Shown: in pieces, positions 59,749 to 64,000 of the stretch
How the letters are laid out: each line of letters starts with the position of its first letter
How positions within the stretch are numbered: the first letter of the stretch is position 1
Source: an uncultured Gemmatimonadales bacterium
GTDB taxonomy: Bacteria > Gemmatimonadota > Gemmatimonadetes > Gemmatimonadales > GWC2-71-9
Length of the DNA: 64,000 bases
Reading direction: 5' to 3'
Assembly (NCBI GenBank): GCA_963795085.1
Contig: CAWCFX010000003.1
Location: forward strand, 320,001-384,000
Translations under genes and position numbers: made by a program
Notes under the pieces: model-generated
The model's database searches: none
What the model was told of the DNA's origin: nothing
The model's input: only the letters and a program-made list of their open reading frames with translations

Positions 59749-60737
59749 TTCGCGCCACGGCGGCGTGGGGTGACGGCCGGCCCGGGGTCAGGGTTCGCCA
59801 AGCCGCGGTCCCCTTCCCATCACCTCGACGGGCCGGTCCCCGGGTCCGGGTTCGGGTTCCCGCCATGTCAATGACAGGTCCCGCCAGCTCGAGGTCCGGT
59901 CCCGCCGGCCGGGGGCTCCTTCCCGCCAGGTCGAGGTATGGTTCCGCCGACCTCGAGGGGATTGAGCGGGGACCAGCGGAGGGGTTCCGGAAGCATGCAT
60001 GGCGGGTTCCCGGAGCATCAAGCTCAGCTTCCCCGGGCTTCAATCCCTGTTGGAGATAGTTACCGGCATGGCTGGACCGTGATGCGGCGGGACCGGGAGC
60101 GACCTTCCGCTCCTCCCGTTCACGGCGTCCCGGTGGATGATCGCGGACACCGCGCGCGGGCTCCCGGAGGTTCGGGACCTGTCACTCCCTGGCCCGGCGG
60201 TGGGTACCGGGAGCGGCAACTCTGCCGGGCCGAAGCTTCCCGCCTTCTGAACGCCTGCCCCCTGTGCCCGTGAAGCACGCAGCGAGGCATGGTGACCGGA
60301 GGGTGATGCTTGTTGGTAGTGGGCCTGCCGAGACCTGGCCGGGTATTCCATGGCCCCTGCCCCGCTCATTTCTGGGCGGGATGCCGGAACCTCCTGTCTC
60401 CCTTCCCCCGGAACGGGGCGGCCTTCACTCCATGTGCCACTTCTGCCATACATGGTAGCGGGACCCCGTGCCGGGGAATCCTTCCTGCCACGCACCCCGG
60501 TTTCACCCTCGGCCATCACCAGTTACCGGCATGCGCCATATCGAACGAACCGCACGCGCTCCTGGCACGCGGTCCTGAGATCCGCCGCCACGACGAGTAC
60601 GGCCGATGGCGGGCAGCGGGACACGCTGCAATCGTTTCCCGCCCTGCGATCCCCCGGTTACTTTGCGTTACCGGCGTCAAAGCGCCCGGAAATCCTGCCG
60701 GTGATCCGTCCGCCCCTGCACCCGGGAAGAGAATACC

Positions 60738-61184
60738 ATGGTTCACGCGAACACCCGAAACCTGGCCGGCGCCGCCCAATCCGCGCTTCGCATTGCCGCG
60801 GGCCTGGCCTTCTTCAGCCACGGGGCGCAGAAACTGTTCGGCTGGTTTGGCGGCGTGGGACCGGATGGAGGGACGGTGGAGCTCATGAGTCGATACGGCG
60901 CCGCCGGCCTCATCGAAGCCCTAGGCGGCGCTGCCCTCGTGCTCGGCCTGTTCACCCGCCCCGTCGCGTTGATCGCTTCGGGCGAGATGGCGGTCGCGTA
61001 TTTCTGGATGCACTGGGGACGATCCGGCGAGATGTGGTGGTGGGACAACCGAGGGGAGATGGTCCTGCTCTACTCGTTCATCTGGCTCTTCTTCGCCGCC
61101 GCCGGGGCCGGGCCACTCAGTCTCGATGCCTGGCGCGCGTCACGTGGCAACCCCAGCCACCCGGCAGGACCTACCCCGGGGTAA
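60738..61184 (+). CDS. DoxX family membrane protein
   Basis: LRI..G..F..HGAQKLFG, E..GG..LGLFTR, SGEMAVAYF, GAGPLSLD. Confidence 0.9.
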   Translation: MVHANTRNLAGAAQSALRIAAGLAFFSHGAQKLFGWFGGVGPDGGTVELMSRYGAAGLIEALGGAALVLGLFTRPVALIASGEMAVAYFWMHWGRSGEMWWWDNRGEMVLLYSFIWLFFAAAGAGPLSLDAWRASRGNPSHPAGPTPG

Positions 61185-61320
61185 CCGGCTCGACCGGCAG
61201 GTTGCCCAGCTGACCCGCTGCCCGCACTCGGTCAGGCGCGGGACAAGGGCGTAGCCGGGGGCCGGGATTCTTCGCCAGCGCCTCGCTGCTCCCCTTAGGT
61301 GGCTTCGGGCAGGCGAGGTG

Positions 61321-62700
61321 TCAATAGTCAGGGGTTCCCTTCAACGTCAGCCCTCTGTCGGCTATGTAGCGGTCAATAGTTTCGGACTCGATTTCTCGAT
61401 GAAAATATTCCTGCGGTTGCTCAGACACATTGATGACATCGACTATTCGATTGTCCGCATAGCGCACTTCCAACAGTAACTGAATATCCTCATGGTCTCC
61501 ATAGCGGGTTAACTGTCCACTGCGCCGGTCAATAAACCATCCGGCGCCCCATGTTCCCAGGCCTCTGATGCCGACGAGGAAGTAGTCACGAAGTGGCTCT
61601 TCATCCTGGGACTCATGGTGGCTCCCATCGGTCATCCTGCCGAGTATCGCAAAGTCCTTGGCGGCAATTCGTCCGAACTCAGGCTGCCATTCACCCCCGG
61701 TATTCATGGAACTGCGCTGCCGCATGAGATACGAGCTCAGCGGCGACTGGACCATGATCTCCTTGCCGGCCAGGCTCCACACCAGGTTGGCCGGTCTCCC
61801 CTCATTCATGTCGAAGCGGAAACGGAGGCGTTCCCGGTAGTGCTCCAGCCGCTGCAATGCATGCTTGATCCTCGGAACACACACCCACACCCGATTACTA
61901 TTGCTCAATTCGACCGGGGGATCGTTAGCCGCGTGGACATGCCAGTCCTTGAAACCGATCAAGCTCAGAGTCTTGGTGACCTTATCTACTGCCTTGTAGT
62001 CCTCAAAATAGACTTGGGTGGCTAACCGCCTTAACCAGAAACTGGGGTCGGCCCCGGAATGATCCCTGGACCGTTCGACCGGCGGATACAATATGTCAAC
62101 GCGCGGACCGGTGCGTTGACCCGTGCTGCCCAGTTGCCAGAACCGCCTGAGATTCTCGATTTTGGGTATTGCATATCGCTTCTTGATGGCCACCTCATAG
62201 AGATCATGGGTGAATCGCTCCTTGAAGTCCTTGTCGGACCGGAACGAATGGAACACGATCCCTTCCGCCTTCAGGCGCTTCTGAAATGCCCGGAGATCTC
62301 GCTCCTGTCGGCCTCGGTCATTGTTAGCGGGCAGCTCTTTGAAGTATGCGAGGACGCCGAACGATGGGTCACTTCGATGCTTGGCTAATGCCCGCTCTAC
62401 TTCGCGCTCGACATTCCCTTTTTTGTGGCCGGGCTCTTTACTGCCGTACCGCTTACCCAGGATGAGGACAAAGAAATGGCATTCATCAATGCGCTTGTTG
62501 ATCTCGTCCTGAAAGGTTACCTCGCCCGCCGGCATTGCAGGCGGCCGGTTCTCCCACTTCCATGGCAGTATGTGCAGTTGGAGCGATTGGCTCAGCCGTT
62601 TGCTGGTAGTCTCAATTACTTCCTCGGCGATCTGCCGCTCTTTGGAAACATCGCCAGGCGATGAAATGAACGCTAAGTAAGACTGATAAGCCTTGGCCAT
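61321..62700 (-). CDS. DUF4062 (TIR/NDT-like) domain protein with an uncharacterised C-terminal domain
   Basis: FISSPGDV..ER, IDECHFFVLILGKRYGS, VEREVERA; lower GC than flanks; GGAGG RBS. Confidence 0.75.
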   Translation of the reverse strand: MAKAYQSYLAFISSPGDVSKERQIAEEVIETTSKRLSQSLQLHILPWKWENRPPAMPAGEVTFQDEINKRIDECHFFVLILGKRYGSKEPGHKKGNVEREVERALAKHRSDPSFGVLAYFKELPANNDRGRQERDLRAFQKRLKAEGIVFHSFRSDKDFKERFTHDLYEVAIKKRYAIPKIENLRRFWQLGSTGQRTGPRVDILYPPVERSRDHSGADPSFWLRRLATQVYFEDYKAVDKVTKTLSLIGFKDWHVHAANDPPVELSNSNRVWVCVPRIKHALQRLEHYRERLRFRFDMNEGRPANLVWSLAGKEIMVQSPLSSYLMRQRSSMNTGGEWQPEFGRIAAKDFAILGRMTDGSHHESQDEEPLRDYFLVGIRGLGTWGAGWFIDRRSGQLTRYGDHEDIQLLLEVRYADNRIVDVINVSEQPQEYFHREIESETIDRYIADRGLTLKGTPDY

Positions 62701-62991
62701 CGCCCCCTCCAGACGTCAGGTCGTTGGTCTTCCACTGCATAGCCTGCACTCAAAAATGAATTGCGCAAGGGGGGGGCCGACGTGGATCAATGGGCGTTGC
62801 GGAGTCCGGGGGAAAACTGGCGCCGAAACGGGGTGGCCCTTCCCCGCCGGGTGCGCGGCGCGGTCGCGGGGCGGCGGGGCAGGACAACGGACTGAGCCAA
62901 TGATGGCTACGCCCCTTCGGGAACAGAGTCTTCAGGGCTGCGCCTGGTGCAAGATGGATCTACTTGACGAGGGGAAGGACGCGGTGACACA

Positions 62992-64000
62992 TCAGGGGTG
63001 CCAGGACGTCCGCCGGATCCTGACGGTCACCCCGTAGCTCGAACTGGCGCCACACCCGACCTGGCTCTTGACCGAGTAGAACGTAGCCGGCAGCAGCCAC
63101 TCACCGGTCGCGATCGTGTTGCGATGCAGTTCGTTGCCGTACACCCGATACGCCGCACCCGCTGTCGGGCCGTCACACCCATGCCAGGAATGGTCGTTCA
63201 TCCTGCCGGTAATATCGAGGACGTCAAACGGCTGAATCCGGGGAAATGCATCGAGAGCGGCGTCATAGAAGGCATCGTCCAGATCACCATAGTTCGATAC
63301 CAGTTCGAATCCGTAGTTCCACACCCCGAAGGCGAACAGCAGCGTGCTCGTCTGGTCCGGAGGCATGCTGAACGGGCCGACGAAGAGCTGGTGGTTCTCC
63401 ACCGTGTGGGTTCCGTCCCGATAGTCCCCCAATCGCTTCGTGCCCGAGCACTCGGTGAGACTGCCGCCGCGGTGGCAGCGCTCAGGGTGGAAATATTGCC
63501 CGTAGACATTTCCCATGAGGCTCAGCCAGGCGGTATCGGTGGTTCTCGCCCGGGTGTGGTTGACACGAATGTTGTCGACGGACACCGTATACTGTGCATA
63601 GGTCGGGATCGTGATGGTCGCGCTGGCCAGGGTTTCGGCACAGGAGAAGTCCTGGCCGGTGCCGGCGCGGCGACACACGATGATCTCCATGGGCCTGCCC
63701 GCCAGGCCGGCATAGGGGTGAAGAATGTGGCTCCGCTCGGCCGGCGCCTGGATGTCATCAAATACCGAACAGCCCCGGCCGTCCGCCCCGCACACCATCA
63801 CGGATTCGACCGGGCGAGCTCCGCCGACACCAGGCGACACCCGAAGGGTGAAAGGCAGCTCGACCAGCCTGCCCTCCAGCACCGGGATGCCCGTTGTGGG
63901 TTGGGCGAGCTCCAGCTCATACCTCGCCGTCAGCCGTAAAGCCGCTTGGGCGCCAATGCCCTGCCCCGGGAGGACGGCAGGACATGCGACCAGTCCCACC
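62992..64000 (-). CDS. hypothetical Cys-containing, probably secreted protein (5' end at or beyond window edge)
   Basis: Open frame to the window end; NHTRARTTDT, CDGP, GCGASSSY motifs. Confidence 0.6.
   Translation of the reverse strand, partial: VGLVACPAVLPGQGIGAQAALRLTARYELELAQPTTGIPVLEGRLVELPFTLRVSPGVGGARPVESVMVCGADGRGCSVFDDIQAPAERSHILHPYAGLAGRPMEIIVCRRAGTGQDFSCAETLASATITIPTYAQYTVSVDNIRVNHTRARTTDTAWLSLMGNVYGQYFHPERCHRGGSLTECSGTKRLGDYRDGTHTVENHQLFVGPFSMPPDQTSTLLFAFGVWNYGFELVSNYGDLDDAFYDAALDAFPRIQPFDVLDITGRMNDHSWHGCDGPTAGAAYRVYGNELHRNTIATGEWLLPATFYSVKSQVGCGASSSYGVTVRIRRTSWHP

Overview
High-GC (about 70% by eye) bacterial chromosomal window. Its gene content (BTAD/TolB-N/TPR proteins, Hanks kinases with TPR or PD40 tails, choice-of-anchor B, many secreted beta-propeller proteins) looks Gemmatimonadota-like; this is inference. 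It starts at ispG and is otherwise an accessory region of signalling, secreted and lipoprotein genes. I recognise no rRNA, tRNA, CRISPR array or integrase. The main unexplained structure: from about 30.8 to 59.4 kb most intergenic gaps are filled with co-oriented mosaics of two palindromic repeat families (A: long ACCGCAGAG...CTCTGCG hairpins; B: short GGCTGAAGCC, GTCGC..GCGAC, GTCCCTGAAGGGAC and CCCTTCCCC..GGGGAAGGG hairpins). These surround a lone IS200-type Y1 HUH transposase with no tnpB. The arrays show filled and empty hairpin sites, genes embedded inside them, and a retained 3' end of a diverged gene homologue, suggesting a REP/RAYT-like platform linked to turnover of accessory genes. 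Other highlights: a CarH-like B12 photoreceptor with a recognisable operator upstream of non-carotenoid genes, two membrane-anchored SARP-like regulators with 11-bp-phased repeats, a non-coding 22/21-bp tandem array, a low-GC DUF4062 (TIR-like) gene, and a 7-repeat FG-GAP propeller fused to an NPP1/Vps62-like domain. Several frameshifts look like assembly errors.
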